DNA of 64,000 nt from an uncultured delta proteobacterium (GTDB taxonomy: Bacteria; Desulfobacterota; Desulfobacteria; Desulfobacterales; JAHEIW01): assembly GCA_963706575.1 (NCBI GenBank), contig CAVPNL010000003.1, positions 491,912 through 555,911 on the forward strand, in the 5' to 3' direction. The notes beneath the pieces were generated by a model. The model did no database searches. It was not told where the DNA came from and worked only from the letters and a program-made list of their open reading frames with translations. The translations under genes were made by a program, and so were the position numbers. Each line of letters begins with the position of its first letter. Position 1 is the stretch's first letter. Shown piece after piece: positions 63,854-64,000 of the stretch.

Positions 63854-64000
63854 AAACAAAGTCCAGAATTCAAATTCAAAGCCGTTGGCATCAAAATATA
63901 GTCATTATTCAAGTTGTCCGTTGCCCATTGTTAACTTAATATTTTCAATTTAAATACTAGAACTGCGATCTTATTCTACAACGGACAGCCAACCACTGGC

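Overview
Chromosomal window from a bacterium whose gene content and order resemble a sulfate-reducing deltaproteobacterium (Desulfobacterales-like; inferred, not verified by search). Core genes: tRNA m6A37 methyltransferase, DUF721/DciA, hflKC, a 32-aa bS22-type ribosomal protein missed by the ORF track, groES-groEL, purL-purQ, rpsB-tsf-pyrH-frr-uppS-cdsA-dxr-rseP, rho-rpmE-prfA-prmC, a CCA/HD nucleotidyltransferase, adk, rpsU, folC, tRNA-Arg(CCG) and two nucleotide-sugar epimerases. Two accessory blocks stand out. (1) About 19 kb (9686-28384, minus strand) holds three tandem type IV pilus tip cassettes (fimU, pilV, pilW, pilX, pilY1) with divergent PilY1 adhesins; one lies behind a c-di-GMP-I riboswitch with a terminator and two lie behind sigma54-like promoters. 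(2) Downstream of tRNA-Arg is an apparent operon of two short reductive dehalogenase homologues without a TAT signal or rdhB, a KstR2/PaaR-like TetR regulator with a perfect 18-bp palindromic operator candidate, a Liv-type ABC transporter and an acyl-CoA ligase, followed by a broken IS3-family element. This block looks like a cytoplasmic uptake, dehalogenation and CoA-activation module for halogenated organic acids. Intergenic DNA carries five copies of a ~146-162 bp covarying hairpin element; one copy has exactly 5 x 48 bp inserted into a stem. Many degenerate 7-8-mer repeat hairpins are also present. About nine single-base frameshifts, mostly +1 insertions, probably reflect sequencing error, so the split genes and the rpsU-folC fusion need caution.
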